Of a stretch of DNA of 64,000 bases, positions 27,322 through 36,667 are shown piece after piece. The translations under genes and the position numbers were made by a program. Each line of letters begins with the position of its first letter. Within the stretch, counting starts at the first letter, position 1. Below the pieces are notes generated by a model. The model made no database searches. It had not been told where the DNA came from and worked only from the letters and a program-made list of their open reading frames with translations. This stretch comes from a virus: the IMG/VR virus record IMGVR_UViG_3300044998_001035, positions 14,807 to 78,806 of that record; one strand, 5' to 3'.

Positions 27322-28592
27322 GCGAAGCATGCGCGGGCGAGGTCGAGTCGATCGCGTCGGGCCCCGACGGCTCGGCGCCCCGGGCGGGGTTCGAGGCGTG
27401 GTTCCGCCGGGACGCGCTGCTGGAGGCGTTCGCCCTGGCGTCGGCCGCGTCGGCGGCTCGGACCCCCAGGCCGATCCTCAGGGACGTGATGCTGGAGGTC
27501 GCCGACGGCGGCGAGGCCTCGCTGTCGGCGACCGACCTGGAGGTGGCGTCGCGGGCCCGGCTGCTCGGGCTGGACGCCCCCGCCCCCGGCCGGGTCCTCC
27601 TGCCGGCCGAGCGGTTCGCCGCGGCGCTGCGGTCGCTGCCGCCCGGCTCCGACGGGCGGGTCGCCGCGCCGCCCGGCGGCGGGTCCGTCGAGCTTTCGTC
27701 CGGCCGGAGCCGGTTCGTCCTGGCGGCGAACGACCCGGCCGAGTTCCCCGCGTTCCCCGAGCCCGACTGGTCCTCGGCCGTCGAGGTCCCCGCGCCGGCC
27801 CTGCGCCGCGCGCTGAGGCTGACGGCGTTCGCGTCCGACCCGAACGTCCAGAGCTACGCGCTGGGCGGGGTCCTGCTGGAGCCGGGCCCGGGGCTGCTGA
27901 CGCTCGTGGCGACGGACGGCCGCCGCCTGGCGCTGGCGGCGCTGACGCCGCCGCGGACGCCGTGGGGGCCGGGATCTGCCGGGGCGTGGGGGGGCGGCGC
28001 CGGGGCGCCGCTGCTGCCGTCCCGGGGCGTCCGGCTGTTCGATCGGCTCCTGTCCGGGCTCGACGACGACGAGGACGTGGCCCTGGCGTCGGGCGAGTCG
28101 TGGGTGTCGCTGCGCTGCGCCCGCGGCGTGGCCCACTCCCGGCGCCTGGAGGGCCGGTTCCCGCAATACAGGCAGATCCTCCCGGGATCGCAAACCGCCT
28201 GGGCGACGTTCGACGCGGGCGAGATCCTGCGCGGCGTGGAGCAGGCGTCCGTCGTGGCCGTCAAGGAGTCGCGCGGCGTCGCGATCCGGCTCGGCCCGCG
28301 CGGCGCGAAGCTGGCCGCCGACTCGGCCGACGCGGGCCGTTGCGACGCGGAGGTGCCGGCCGCGGGCGCGGGCGACGACGCGGGCGCCGACGCCGCGGGC
28401 GCCGACGCCGCGGGCGGTGACGTGGCGACCCTGACCCTTGACGTGCGCTACCTGGCGGAGGCCCTGAAGGCGGCCCGGGACGCGGGCGCGGAGTCCGCCA
28501 GGCTCGGCGCGACCGGCCCGGCCGCGCCCGCGGAGCTGCGGTGCGAGGCGGCCGGCGTCTCGTACCGCTACGTGGTCATGCCGATCCAGTGA
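27318..28592 (+). CDS. dnaN: DNA polymerase III beta sliding clamp
   Basis: RPIL, SATDLE, EFPAFP, ALGGVLLE, VATDGRRLA, LEGRFPQYRQILP, YVVMPI. Confidence 0.93.
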   Translation: MSEACAGEVESIASGPDGSAPRAGFEAWFRRDALLEAFALASAASAARTPRPILRDVMLEVADGGEASLSATDLEVASRARLLGLDAPAPGRVLLPAERFAAALRSLPPGSDGRVAAPPGGGSVELSSGRSRFVLAANDPAEFPAFPEPDWSSAVEVPAPALRRALRLTAFASDPNVQSYALGGVLLEPGPGLLTLVATDGRRLALAALTPPRTPWGPGSAGAWGGGAGAPLLPSRGVRLFDRLLSGLDDDEDVALASGESWVSLRCARGVAHSRRLEGRFPQYRQILPGSQTAWATFDAGEILRGVEQASVVAVKESRGVAIRLGPRGAKLAADSADAGRCDAEVPAAGAGDDAGADAAGADAAGGDVATLTLDVRYLAEALKAARDAGAESARLGATGPAAPAELRCEAAGVSYRYVVMPIQ

Positions 28593-28707
28593 CAAACCGG
28601 AATTTAGAAGAAAATCGAATAGAAATTGGCGTGGAATCGTTGTACTATTCGCGCATGGCCCGCGGCCCGCGGGCATCCGCGATCGGTGGAGAGAGGGGAG
28701 GTGTGGC

Positions 28708-29067
28708 GTGGTCAAGGTGCACGAGCAGAAGGCGTCGCCGGGGCCGTCGGCCGCCGCGGGCGCCGGCCCGCCGGCGGAGGCGTCGGCGCTGGAGCTGATC
28801 CGGGCCGCGGCGGACCCGGAGATCCACGGGTTCCTGACGGCGCTGCTGGCCGGGCCGCGGGGCCTGTCGGACCTGGGGATCGACCCGATGAAATTCGCGC
28901 AGCGGCTGGGCAAGCTGCGGTTCGCGCGGGCGGTCGAGCGGCGTCGCGCGGGGCGGAGCATGACCTACGAACTGACCCCGGTCGGGGAGGCGCTGGCGCG
29001 CGGCATCGGGGCCGCCGCCGCGGCCGTGTCGGCCGCGTCCCGCCGCCAGGCCGGCGGCGGGTCGTGA
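28708..29067 (+). CDS. Winged-HTH protein
   Basis: GPRGLSDL...RLGKL...YELTPVGEAL. Confidence 0.6.
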   Translation: MVKVHEQKASPGPSAAAGAGPPAEASALELIRAAADPEIHGFLTALLAGPRGLSDLGIDPMKFAQRLGKLRFARAVERRRAGRSMTYELTPVGEALARGIGAAAAAVSAASRRQAGGGS

Positions 29068-29101
29068 CGGTCCTCCGGGAGCGTGGCGGGTGATCGGCAA
29101 A

Positions 29102-29356
29102 ATGAAGGAGATGAGCATGGCTTTGCATCGGATCGAGCTGGTCCTGGACGACGACGACTACCGGGATCTCATGGCCGAGCTGGAGTTGCGCAAGGGGCGG
29201 GAGCTGCCCGAGGGCGAGTCGAACGACGCCGGCGCCCACGTCGGGGAGATCGTCCGCGACCTTCGGGACTACCGGGACCTGTACGACGCGGAGCATCCCC
29301 GGGAATTCCGGGGGGCCGCGGGCGGCCCCCCGGCGGGCGAGGGGAGGGTCCCGTGA
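29102..29356 (+). CDS. Hypothetical protein
   Basis: Short ORF translationally coupled to the next gene. Confidence 0.5.
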   Translation: MKEMSMALHRIELVLDDDDYRDLMAELELRKGRELPEGESNDAGAHVGEIVRDLRDYRDLYDAEHPREFRGAAGGPPAGEGRVP

Positions 29357-29724
29357 TGCCCGGGGGATTGTCCGTGCTGAACGTCGGGGCGGGCGACCTG
29401 CGGTTCTCGTTCGACCCGTCGGACCCGGTCGAGCGCGAACGGGCCGGGCGCGTCGTGAGGGACATGCTGGCGCGTGGCTACGTGCTGTTCGTCGAGGTCG
29501 GGGGCGAGCTGCGCAAGGCGGTCGGGTTCGACCCCGACGCGTGCGCCTACGTCGTGACCGACGTCCCCGGCGACGCGGGCCACCCCGCGCCGGCCCCGGC
29601 GTCGCCGTCGGCCCCGGCCCCGCCCCCCGACGCGCCGGCCCGCCGCCGCGGGCGGCCGAGGAAGGTGCTCGTCCCGGCGGCCGACGCGGACGCGACGGCC
29701 GTGGCCCCGACGGCGGGAGGCTGA
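29356..29724 (+). CDS. Hypothetical protein ending in -AVAPTAGG
   Basis: GGAGG RBS; C-terminal Gly-Gly. Confidence 0.65.
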   Translation: MPGGLSVLNVGAGDLRFSFDPSDPVERERAGRVVRDMLARGYVLFVEVGGELRKAVGFDPDACAYVVTDVPGDAGHPAPAPASPSAPAPPPDAPARRRGRPRKVLVPAADADATAVAPTAGG

Positions 29725-29728
29725 CCCG

Positions 29729-30442
29729 ATGGCGACCGGCGAGATGACCTGGGAGTCCGTGTCCGCGGCCGTCCAGGCGCACGCCGCCCGGTCCGGCGAG
29801 TGGGCCGGCGCGCCCCTGCCCGTCTGGGGGGTCCGGCTCCGCATGGAGCCCCGGCACCCGTACCGCGGCCTGGACGGGGCCTGCCTCGGCGCCCCCCTGG
29901 ACGGCGACGGAGACGGCGACGACGAAGGGGGGACGATCGTCCGCAACGAATTCCCCTGCTGGCAGCGGATGGTCCGGGTCCTCGTCTGCCAGGACGGGCC
30001 GTCGGCGCCCGTGTACCACCTGACGCTGCCGCTGCTGGAGGACCGGCTCCGGCCGGCCCTGCTGACGATCGGGGCGTCGATGGCCTGGGACGTGGCGGCC
30101 GAGGCGCGGGCGGTCGAGACCCTGTCGGGGCTGGTGTCGCCGGCCGCGATGCGGTCCTACCTGCTCACCGGGTCGTTCCTGGAGACGTCGAGGCGGTCCG
30201 GGGTCAAGTACCTGTTCCGCAAGCTGCGGCCGACGGTGGCGCTCTCCGGGAATGGCGGCGGCGTCCGCGTCCTGGCGGCGCTCTGCCTGCACCCGATCGG
30301 CTACTACGAGGGCACGTACGCCGGGGCGATGGTCCCGACGGACGACGTGATCGCCCACCTCATGTTGATGCGCGGCGACGAGCACGGGTTCTGGAAGAAG
30401 GCGAACCAGCACCCGGCGTGGTCCGCGGCGGCCGGCATCTGA
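29729..30442 (+). CDS. Conserved hypothetical phage protein
   Basis: LCLHPIGYY...PTDDVIAHLML...FWKKAN. Confidence 0.65.
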   Translation: MATGEMTWESVSAAVQAHAARSGEWAGAPLPVWGVRLRMEPRHPYRGLDGACLGAPLDGDGDGDDEGGTIVRNEFPCWQRMVRVLVCQDGPSAPVYHLTLPLLEDRLRPALLTIGASMAWDVAAEARAVETLSGLVSPAAMRSYLLTGSFLETSRRSGVKYLFRKLRPTVALSGNGGGVRVLAALCLHPIGYYEGTYAGAMVPTDDVIAHLMLMRGDEHGFWKKANQHPAWSAAAGI

Positions 30443-30927
30443 TGGGGCATGACCTGCCTGTTCCCGGTCTCGGAGGATTCGACGCGATGGCCACGTTCCT
30501 GACGATCGTCCTGTCGCTGGCCGCGCCGACCCTGGCGGCGGTGGCGCTTGAGTCCTGGATGTCCCGCCCGCGGCCCGTGCACCGGCCACGCGGCGCGGGC
30601 GGCGACGAAGGAGATGAGGGCGAAGAAGATGATGGCAACGGGGACGGCGCGGGGGCCGTCCGCGTGTCCGGGGGGGCCCTGGGCCTGCGGGTCTCGTCCG
30701 GGGGCCGCGAGGAGTACCTGACGGGCCCTTCGATGGCGTTCCTGGGCGGCGGCCGGCTCGTGATCGCGGCCGACAACGCGGACGCGCTGCTGCTCCTGGA
30801 CGGCCCGCGTGCCGAGGCCGACGCGTCGGCGCTGGCGGCGCTGTATTCCGGCCCCGAGGGCGTCTTCGCCGTCGCCCTGGCCGCGGAACTCCGCCGCGGC
30901 CAGGCCCCCGGGGAGGGCACGCCGTGA
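30442..30927 (+). CDS. Membrane-anchored hypothetical protein
   Basis: N-terminal hydrophobic helix. Confidence 0.5.
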   Translation: MGHDLPVPGLGGFDAMATFLTIVLSLAAPTLAAVALESWMSRPRPVHRPRGAGGDEGDEGEEDDGNGDGAGAVRVSGGALGLRVSSGGREEYLTGPSMAFLGGGRLVIAADNADALLLLDGPRAEADASALAALYSGPEGVFAVALAAELRRGQAPGEGTP

Positions 30928-30960
30928 CGGGCGCGATCTCAGAGGCCGACCACCCTGCGC

Positions 30961-31020
30961 GGGGCGTCGCGGGCGCGTGGCGCGCGAGCGCCGCGGGGGT
31001 TCGACTCCCCCGGCGTCCCC
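30961..31020 (+). ncRNA. tRNA-like element lacking normal D and anticodon arms
   Basis: Acceptor-like GGGGCGTC/GGCGTCCC, hairpin GGCGC-GCGA-GCGCC, T-arm GGGGG-TTCGACT-CCCCC. Confidence 0.55.
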
Positions 31021-31272
31021 TGGGGGCGTGGGCACCCCCCCCTTCGGGCGAGAAGGTGCCAGGCAATCCGAGGGTTTCATGCACGCCTTTACGAGGATTC
31101 GCGCTCCGCCCCGATGCCCCACCCATATGGGGGGGCTCCCCTCCCTTGAAGGCGGAACTTTCCGGGCGCCGCCTCCCGCCCAGGACGTGATCGGAAGCAT
31201 TCTGGGTCGCCATCGTCGGGGATCGACGCGAAAGGAGGTGGTCATGCGACGGTCGGGTTGACGGCCCGACGT

Positions 31273-31327
31273 GCGGGGGTGGGGAAACCGGCTCGCCGGC
31301 CCGCGGTTCGACTCCGCGGCCCCCGCA
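31273..31327 (+). ncRNA. tRNA-like element lacking normal D and anticodon arms
   Basis: Acceptor GCGGGGG/CCCCCGC+A, hairpin CCGG-CTCG-CCGG, T-arm CCGCGG-TTCGACT-CCGCGG. Confidence 0.55.
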
Positions 31328-31382
31328 TGCCCCCCCTCGCGGGGGGGGCCGGACTGGACGGGCACGATCGGGAGGGGTGGCG

Positions 31383-31634
31383 ATGGACGGACGTTCTGCC
31401 GGGCCCGGCGCATACCACCGGGAATGCCTGGCGCGGGTCGTGGCGGCATACATCCGGATGCCGGCGCGAGACGACTACGCGCCAGGCTACCGCTACCGGG
31501 CGGACCTGCCTGGCGGCGCGACGGCTTACACCGACGACTTCGGGGAGGCGTGCCGGCTCGTCCTGAACGCGGCCGGCGTCCCGCTCGGGGCGATCCTCGG
31601 CGGCGTCGGGGAGGGGGGCGACCGATGGGCATGA
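31383..31634 (+). CDS. Hypothetical protein
   Basis: GGAGG RBS. Confidence 0.45.
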   Translation: MDGRSAGPGAYHRECLARVVAAYIRMPARDDYAPGYRYRADLPGGATAYTDDFGEACRLVLNAAGVPLGAILGGVGEGGDRWA

Positions 31635-32161
31635 GCTACGAGGACGCCGCGCGGGCCGGCATCGCCCACCTCCACCCCGCCCACCCCGGCGGCGGCCCCC
31701 CCCGCGCCGGGGGCCCGCCGCCCGAGCCCGCCGCCGCGCCGGCCCCCGCCGGGCCGCAGCGTCGCGCGACGAACGCCCTCGGCCAGAACAGGACCGAGGC
31801 CAGGTTCGACGCGGCGCTGGCGGCGCTCCGGGCCGGCGGCGAGATCCGCGAATACTGGTTCGAGCCCGCGAAGCTCCGCCTGGCGGGGCGGACGTTCTAC
31901 ACGCCCGACTTCCTCGCCGTCCGGGCCGACGGCTCGCTGGCGGCGGTCGAGATCAAGGGGTTCCTGCGCGACGACGCCGCGGTGAAGGTCAAGGTCGCGG
32001 CCGACAAATACAAATTCATCGATTTCTTCCTGGCGTTCGCGGACGGCCGCGGGTGGGACGTTCGCCGCGTCACCCCGCGCGGGATCGGCCCCGCGGCGCC
32101 GCGGTGGTGGGAGGGGCCGCGGCGCGAGCCGCCCCCTGGGGTCGACGAGGGGGAGTCCTAA
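31625..32161 (+). CDS. PD-(D/E)XK nuclease (DUF1064-like)
   Basis: NRTEARF, FYTPDF, VEIKGF. Confidence 0.8.
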   Translation: MGMSYEDAARAGIAHLHPAHPGGGPPRAGGPPPEPAAAPAPAGPQRRATNALGQNRTEARFDAALAALRAGGEIREYWFEPAKLRLAGRTFYTPDFLAVRADGSLAAVEIKGFLRDDAAVKVKVAADKYKFIDFFLAFADGRGWDVRRVTPRGIGPAAPRWWEGPRREPPPGVDEGES

Positions 32162-32174
32162 GGGAGCTACGCCC

Positions 32175-32474
32175 GTGAAACTCAGGATCGCCAGGAAGAT
32201 CATCAAGGCCGTCGGCACGTCCCGCGAGCCGGCCTACACGCAACACCAGATCGGCCGGGCGTTCGCCCGCATCGACAGAACCGCGAGCGAACGTGAGTCA
32301 CGCCGCTTCGCCGCCTGGATGTCCCGCCTGTTCTGGACGGCCGCGATCCGTGGGGACGAGCGGGCCCGGGACTTCCTCCGTCGCGGTTTCGAGAGCACAG
32401 CCCGGCCCGGGGAAACGTTCGAGGATCGGCTGGCGTGGATGGAATTCAAGATGGCCAGGGAGGCCCGCCCATGA
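32175..32474 (+). CDS. Hypothetical protein
   Basis: RBS; coupled ORF. Confidence 0.5.
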   Translation: MKLRIARKIIKAVGTSREPAYTQHQIGRAFARIDRTASERESRRFAAWMSRLFWTAAIRGDERARDFLRRGFESTARPGETFEDRLAWMEFKMAREARP

Positions 32475-32713
32475 CCGACCCCCGCCTCGACCGCGTCGTC
32501 GGCGTCGTGACGCATCGCGGCGTGGTCTATCTGTTCACGGATGCCGGCCGCTACCGGGATTTCCTCGACGCGATCGGGAGGGACTTCGGGATGGTCGCGT
32601 GGGTCGATCGTGCCGTGATCGACCCGGATGGATGCGGAACCGCCACGCGACTGGACGGGGATGAGGAGCATTTATGGGAGACGATCGCAGACGCATCAAA
32701 ATCATCGACCTGA
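32471..32713 (+). CDS. Hypothetical protein
   Basis: ATGA overlap with the upstream gene. Confidence 0.45.
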   Translation: MTDPRLDRVVGVVTHRGVVYLFTDAGRYRDFLDAIGRDFGMVAWVDRAVIDPDGCGTATRLDGDEEHLWETIADASKSST

Positions 32714-32904
32714 ATGAACGGTGGGCTACCTGCTCGATGTGCGGGGAAGACACCCCGTCGAAGTGGGGCCTACCAATCTGTTCCGAGGACGGGACGATCG
32801 TCGCGAACGACTACGAGGGGGAGTGGGGAGGAATCCCGGCGTGCGAGTCGTGCTGGGCCAAGCACGAGAAAGGAGCCTTCGTTGGGGAATGGCCGAAATT
32901 CTGA
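32674..32904 (+). CDS. Small Zn-finger protein
   Basis: CSMC...CESC. Confidence 0.5.
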   Translation: MGDDRRRIKIIDLNERWATCSMCGEDTPSKWGLPICSEDGTIVANDYEGEWGGIPACESCWAKHEKGAFVGEWPKF

Positions 32905-33625
32905 CCCCCGCCCCCTCAACCTCCGCCCCCGCGAGGCCCGCCGGCTGGCGAAGGCGGGCTCCGTGCTCGTGCTGCGGCCGGTGGAGCCCCAGCCGCCGGC
33001 CGGTTGTAGGTACGAGATCAGTGGGGCCGGCGACGCGGCGTTGTGCCTGTTCAACGACCCGGCTCGTCCTGGCGGGGTCGGTTTTTGCCCTCCGACGCCT
33101 ACCAGCGTGGACCACAGGCTTATGTCCCCCCTCGGCCCGCCCGGCTCGCGGCTGTGGGGGCGGGAGGCGTGGGGATTTGCTGTACCGCTCGACGAGCGGG
33201 AATGTTCCGATCTCGTCGATTCCGGGGAGGGATTCCGCGTCCTCTATCGCGCCGACGACCCGTCGCCATTCCTGATCGGAGAGGCGGTCGACCGCTGGCG
33301 ACCCGCGACGCACATATCCCGCCACCTGTCCCGCTTCCCCGACCTGACCCATACGTCCTGCCGCGTCGTCCGCGTGTCGTCGCTGTCGGAGGGGGACGTC
33401 GCGTCGTCGGGGGCCTGCGAGTGGGCCGGCACGCTCGACGGCCGCACCTGCGACAACGCGGAGCGTGCGGCGATCCAGGCGACGAGGCGTCGCGACCCGT
33501 CGGCCCCGTTCGTCGCTGGGCTGGGGTTCCTCGCGGCGGCCTGGGACCGCGAGAACCCACGCCACCCGTGGTCGTCCGACCCGTGGGCGTGGGTGTGTTT
33601 GGTGGAGAGGGGGGAGGGGGCATGA
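32882..33625 (+). CDS. Phage ASCH/PUA-like conserved protein
   Basis: RPVEPQP, PLGPPGSRLWGREAW, YRAD, WRPATH, WSSDPWAWV; start uncertain. Confidence 0.65.
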   Translation: MGNGRNSDPRPLNLRPREARRLAKAGSVLVLRPVEPQPPAGCRYEISGAGDAALCLFNDPARPGGVGFCPPTPTSVDHRLMSPLGPPGSRLWGREAWGFAVPLDERECSDLVDSGEGFRVLYRADDPSPFLIGEAVDRWRPATHISRHLSRFPDLTHTSCRVVRVSSLSEGDVASSGACEWAGTLDGRTCDNAERAAIQATRRRDPSAPFVAGLGFLAAAWDRENPRHPWSSDPWAWVCLVERGEGA

Positions 33626-34653
33626 TCTACGGCTCGGTCTGCTCCGGGATCGAGGCGGCATCGGCGGCGTGGGGGCCGCTCGGGTGGAAGCCCGCGTGGT
33701 TCGCGGAGATCGACCCGTTCCCGTCGGCCGTGCTGGCGGAGCGGTTCCCTGGAGTCCAAAATCTTGGCGACTTCACGACGATCGGGGCGGACGCCGGACC
33801 AATCGACGTTCTCGTGGGGGGAACCCCTTGCCAGTCCTTCAGCGTCGCCGGACTCCGCAAGGGACTGGCTGACGACCGTGGCAACCTGGCGATCGCATTT
33901 CTTCGACTGGCTGGCCGCCTCCGCCCCCGTTGGGTGGTATGGGAAAACGTCTTTGGAGTCCTGTCATCGGGCGGAGGACGGGACCTTGGTTCCTTCCTCG
34001 GGGGCCTGGTCGAACTCGGGTATGGGTTCGCCTACCGAGTGCTGGACGCTCAGTACGTGCGAGTGGACGGGTTTGGACGGGCTGTCCCTCAGCGACGACG
34101 GCGTGTGTTCGTTGTTGGATGTCTTGGAGACTGGCGATATCCCGCCGCGGTACTTTTTGACCGCGAAAGCCTGCACGGGCATTCTCCGCCGCTCCGGAAA
34201 CCGGGGGAAGTCGCTGCCGCGTTTACTCCGAGCGGTATTGGAGGCTATCGCGAGGGATGCGGGACACTCAGGGCAGAGGGAGGCGACATTGGAGGGGGAT
34301 CGAAAACGCTCGTAGCCTGCACGCTCCCGGCCAGCAACGGCGGGGCGTCGAGCGGGATGCACCCGGTCGTACCCGTGGCTTTCGGCGGCAACAACACGTC
34401 CGGCCCGATCGACGTGGCGACGGCGGTCAACGCCCACGGCGGGCCCGACCTGCCGTGCGGCACGCTCCACCAGCAGCCGCACGTCGTCGCGTTTCAGGAG
34501 CGCGGGAGGGAGGGGGGCCGGTCGCTCGAATGGCAGGAGGACGTCTCGTATGCCCTGAGAGCGATTAGCGGCGGCGGGTGCAGCGATTGGTTCAACGTCG
34601 CCTACCGCTGGGCCGTCCGCCGCGGGTGGGCCGAGCGGGAGCCCGCATCGTGA
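33622..34653 (+). CDS. DNA (cytosine-5) methyltransferase, C-terminally truncated
   Basis: SVCSGIE, catalytic GGTPCQSFS, WENV, PQRRRRVF; ends at AVRR without the usual LTPRECERLQGFP...GNS segment. Confidence 0.88.
   Translation: MIYGSVCSGIEAASAAWGPLGWKPAWFAEIDPFPSAVLAERFPGVQNLGDFTTIGADAGPIDVLVGGTPCQSFSVAGLRKGLADDRGNLAIAFLRLAGRLRPRWVVWENVFGVLSSGGGRDLGSFLGGLVELGYGFAYRVLDAQYVRVDGFGRAVPQRRRRVFVVGCLGDWRYPAAVLFDRESLHGHSPPLRKPGEVAAAFTPSGIGGYREGCGTLRAEGGDIGGGSKTLVACTLPASNGGASSGMHPVVPVAFGGNNTSGPIDVATAVNAHGGPDLPCGTLHQQPHVVAFQERGREGGRSLEWQEDVSYALRAISGGGCSDWFNVAYRWAVRRGWAEREPAS
33764..34315 (+). CDS. Nested out-of-frame gene inside the methylase (M.EcoHK31I beta-like)
   Basis: SLLDVLETGDIPPRYFLTAKACTGILRRSGNRGKSLP; lower GC across the dual-coding stretch; start uncertain. 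Confidence 0.6.
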   Translation: MATSRRSGRTPDQSTFSWGEPLASPSASPDSARDWLTTVATWRSHFFDWLAASAPVGWYGKTSLESCHRAEDGTLVPSSGAWSNSGMGSPTECWTLSTCEWTGLDGLSLSDDGVCSLLDVLETGDIPPRYFLTAKACTGILRRSGNRGKSLPRLLRAVLEAIARDAGHSGQREATLEGDRKRS

Positions 34654-34856
34654 TCGCCAACCCCAGGCCCGGCCGTCGCGTGGTGCTCCGCTACCGCCGG
34701 CGCGGCGCCCCGCTCCACGGCCGGCGGGGCGTCGTCGCGATCGTCGGCCGCGGCAGGCCCCGGAACCACGGGGTGATCGTCGAGGGTGTCGGGCTCGTGG
34801 TGGTGCCGTGCGGGCACCTGATGCCGGACGACAAACGGGAGGTCCCGAATGGGTGA
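34650..34856 (+). CDS. Small hypothetical protein
   Basis: Coupled ORF VIANPRPG...VVVPCGHL. Confidence 0.45.
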   Translation: MIANPRPGRRVVLRYRRRGAPLHGRRGVVAIVGRGRPRNHGVIVEGVGLVVVPCGHLMPDDKREVPNG

Positions 34857-35712
34857 ACAGACCAAGATCCAGTGGTGCGACCACACGTTCAACCCGTGGA
34901 TCGGCTGCGCGAAGGTGTCGCCGGGGTGCGCCAACTGCTACGCCGCCGTCGACACGCCGGCCCGCGTCGCCCGCGCGCAGGGCGAGGAGCTGTGGGGCCG
35001 GCTCGCCTCGCGGCGGGTGACGTCCGACGCCAACTGGCGGAAGCCGCCCGCGTGGGACCGCGAGGCCCTGGCCGCCGGGGAACGCCGCCGCGTGTTCTGC
35101 GCCTCGCAATCCGACTGGCTCGAGGATCGCGAGGACCTGGTCGCGCCCAGGGCCCGGCTGCTGGAGCTGGTCGAGGCCACGCCGAACCTCGACTGGCTGC
35201 TGCTGACCAAGCGGCCCGAGGGCTATTACGCCCGCATGCGGGAGATCACGGGGGAGTGGCACCTGCCGGCGCACTACCCCCTTCCCAACGCCTGGATCGG
35301 CGCGTCCGTCGAGGACCAGTCCCGCGCCGACGTCCGCATCCCGGCGCTCATCGCGATCCCGGCCGCGATCCGGTTCCTGTCCGTCGAGCCGCTGCTGGGC
35401 CCGGTGGACCTCTCCCCCTGGCTCGGGCAAGACACGATCCGCTGGGTGATCGTCGGCGGCGAGAGCGGCCCCGCGGCCCGGCCGTGCAACCTCTACTGGA
35501 TCAGGGACGTGCTCGACCATTGCCGCGCCGCCGGGGTGGCGTGCTTCGTCAAGCAGCTCGGGGCGCGAATCTTCTTCGACGCGACCCGGGGCACGCGGTA
35601 CGACGACCACACGTACTACAAGTCGTCCGACACCAAGGGGGGCGACCCCGACGAGTGGCCCGGGGACCTGCGGGTGCGCGAGTTCCCGAGCGTGGCCGCC
35701 GGGCCGGCCTGA
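34849..35712 (+). CDS. Phage Gp37/Gp68 (DUF5131) protein
   Basis: TKIQWCDHTFNPWIGCAKVSPGCANCYA, LLTKRP, FLSVEPLLG, WVIVGGESG, FVKQLG. Confidence 0.92.
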   Translation: MGEQTKIQWCDHTFNPWIGCAKVSPGCANCYAAVDTPARVARAQGEELWGRLASRRVTSDANWRKPPAWDREALAAGERRRVFCASQSDWLEDREDLVAPRARLLELVEATPNLDWLLLTKRPEGYYARMREITGEWHLPAHYPLPNAWIGASVEDQSRADVRIPALIAIPAAIRFLSVEPLLGPVDLSPWLGQDTIRWVIVGGESGPAARPCNLYWIRDVLDHCRAAGVACFVKQLGARIFFDATRGTRYDDHTYYKSSDTKGGDPDEWPGDLRVREFPSVAAGPA

Positions 35713-35841
35713 CCCGTCCTTCCGCACCCCCCCCCTCCCGATTCCGCCCCGTCCCCCCTATGCGGCCCCGCCCCCCGCGTGATACCCTCGTTTCCAACCG
35801 ATCTTGAGGTCGGATAGGTATCAAACGGGGATCTTCCACCG

Positions 35842-36411
35842 ATGGGCGACGTTCGCGGGCCCGCGCGTGCGGGCGGGGGGCCGGTCGAGGCGGGGCGTCG
35901 GCTGGCGGCGACGCTGGAGCCCGGGGACCTGACGCCGGAGGGGATCGCGCGGCTGCTCGCCGGCCCCGCCTGCGACGCGGCCCGGCTGGCGGCCCCGGAG
36001 ATCCGGGGGCGTGCCGGGGCGGTCGCGTGGGCCGCGGCCTGGCCCGCCTGGCGAGTCCTGACGACCCGGCACGTGATGGCGATCCTGATCCGGATCGCGG
36101 TCGAGCTGCTGCTGGCCGCGTTCGCGTTCCCGCACGCCCGGCTGATCCGTTCCGTCCTGGCGCTGCTGCGGGCAGTCCTCGCCGGCCCCGCCGTCGCCGC
36201 GACCTGGGTCGCGGCGACGGCCGCCCCGTACCCGCCCGGCGAGTCGCTGGGGGCGGCGCTCGACGCGCTGCTGGCCCGGGTCGCGGAATACCGGGCCGAC
36301 CCCATGACGCGCCCCATGCTGGTCGCGGCCGAACGCCTGCTGGCCCCGGAGCCGGTCCGGGCGGACTTCTTCACCTGGCCCGTCCGGGAGGCATTGAGCG
36401 ATGACGCCTGA
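35842..36411 (+). CDS. Membrane hypothetical protein
   Basis: Hydrophobic segments. Confidence 0.5.
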   Translation: MGDVRGPARAGGGPVEAGRRLAATLEPGDLTPEGIARLLAGPACDAARLAAPEIRGRAGAVAWAAAWPAWRVLTTRHVMAILIRIAVELLLAAFAFPHARLIRSVLALLRAVLAGPAVAATWVAATAAPYPPGESLGAALDALLARVAEYRADPMTRPMLVAAERLLAPEPVRADFFTWPVREALSDDA

Positions 36412-36664
36412 CGAGGCGAGGGCGCTGGTCAAGGCGATCCGGGACGGGGAGTCCGCGGAGGCGACCCTGGACGCGCGGGCCCTGGACAAGATCCGGGCCG
36501 GCTACGCCGCGCGGGCGGCGCTCGGGCGCGCGATGCGGCCGGACCGGCTGTACTCGCCCGCGGCGAGCCCCCCGACGGTCTGGATGCTCGACCCGGCGAC
36601 CGGCCTGGCCGCCGAGGTCCAGCCCGTCCCGTTCGAGGCCCCCGACGCGACGGGCGGGAGGTAG
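36401..36664 (+). CDS. Hypothetical protein
   Basis: GGAGG RBS; coupled ORF. Confidence 0.55.
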   Translation: MTPDEARALVKAIRDGESAEATLDARALDKIRAGYAARAALGRAMRPDRLYSPAASPPTVWMLDPATGLAAEVQPVPFEAPDATGGR

Positions 36665-36667
36665 CCG

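Noticed and set aside
30961-31327. Functional tRNAs or tmRNA
   Set aside because: No anticodon or D arms, no encoded CCA, and no tag reading frame recognised
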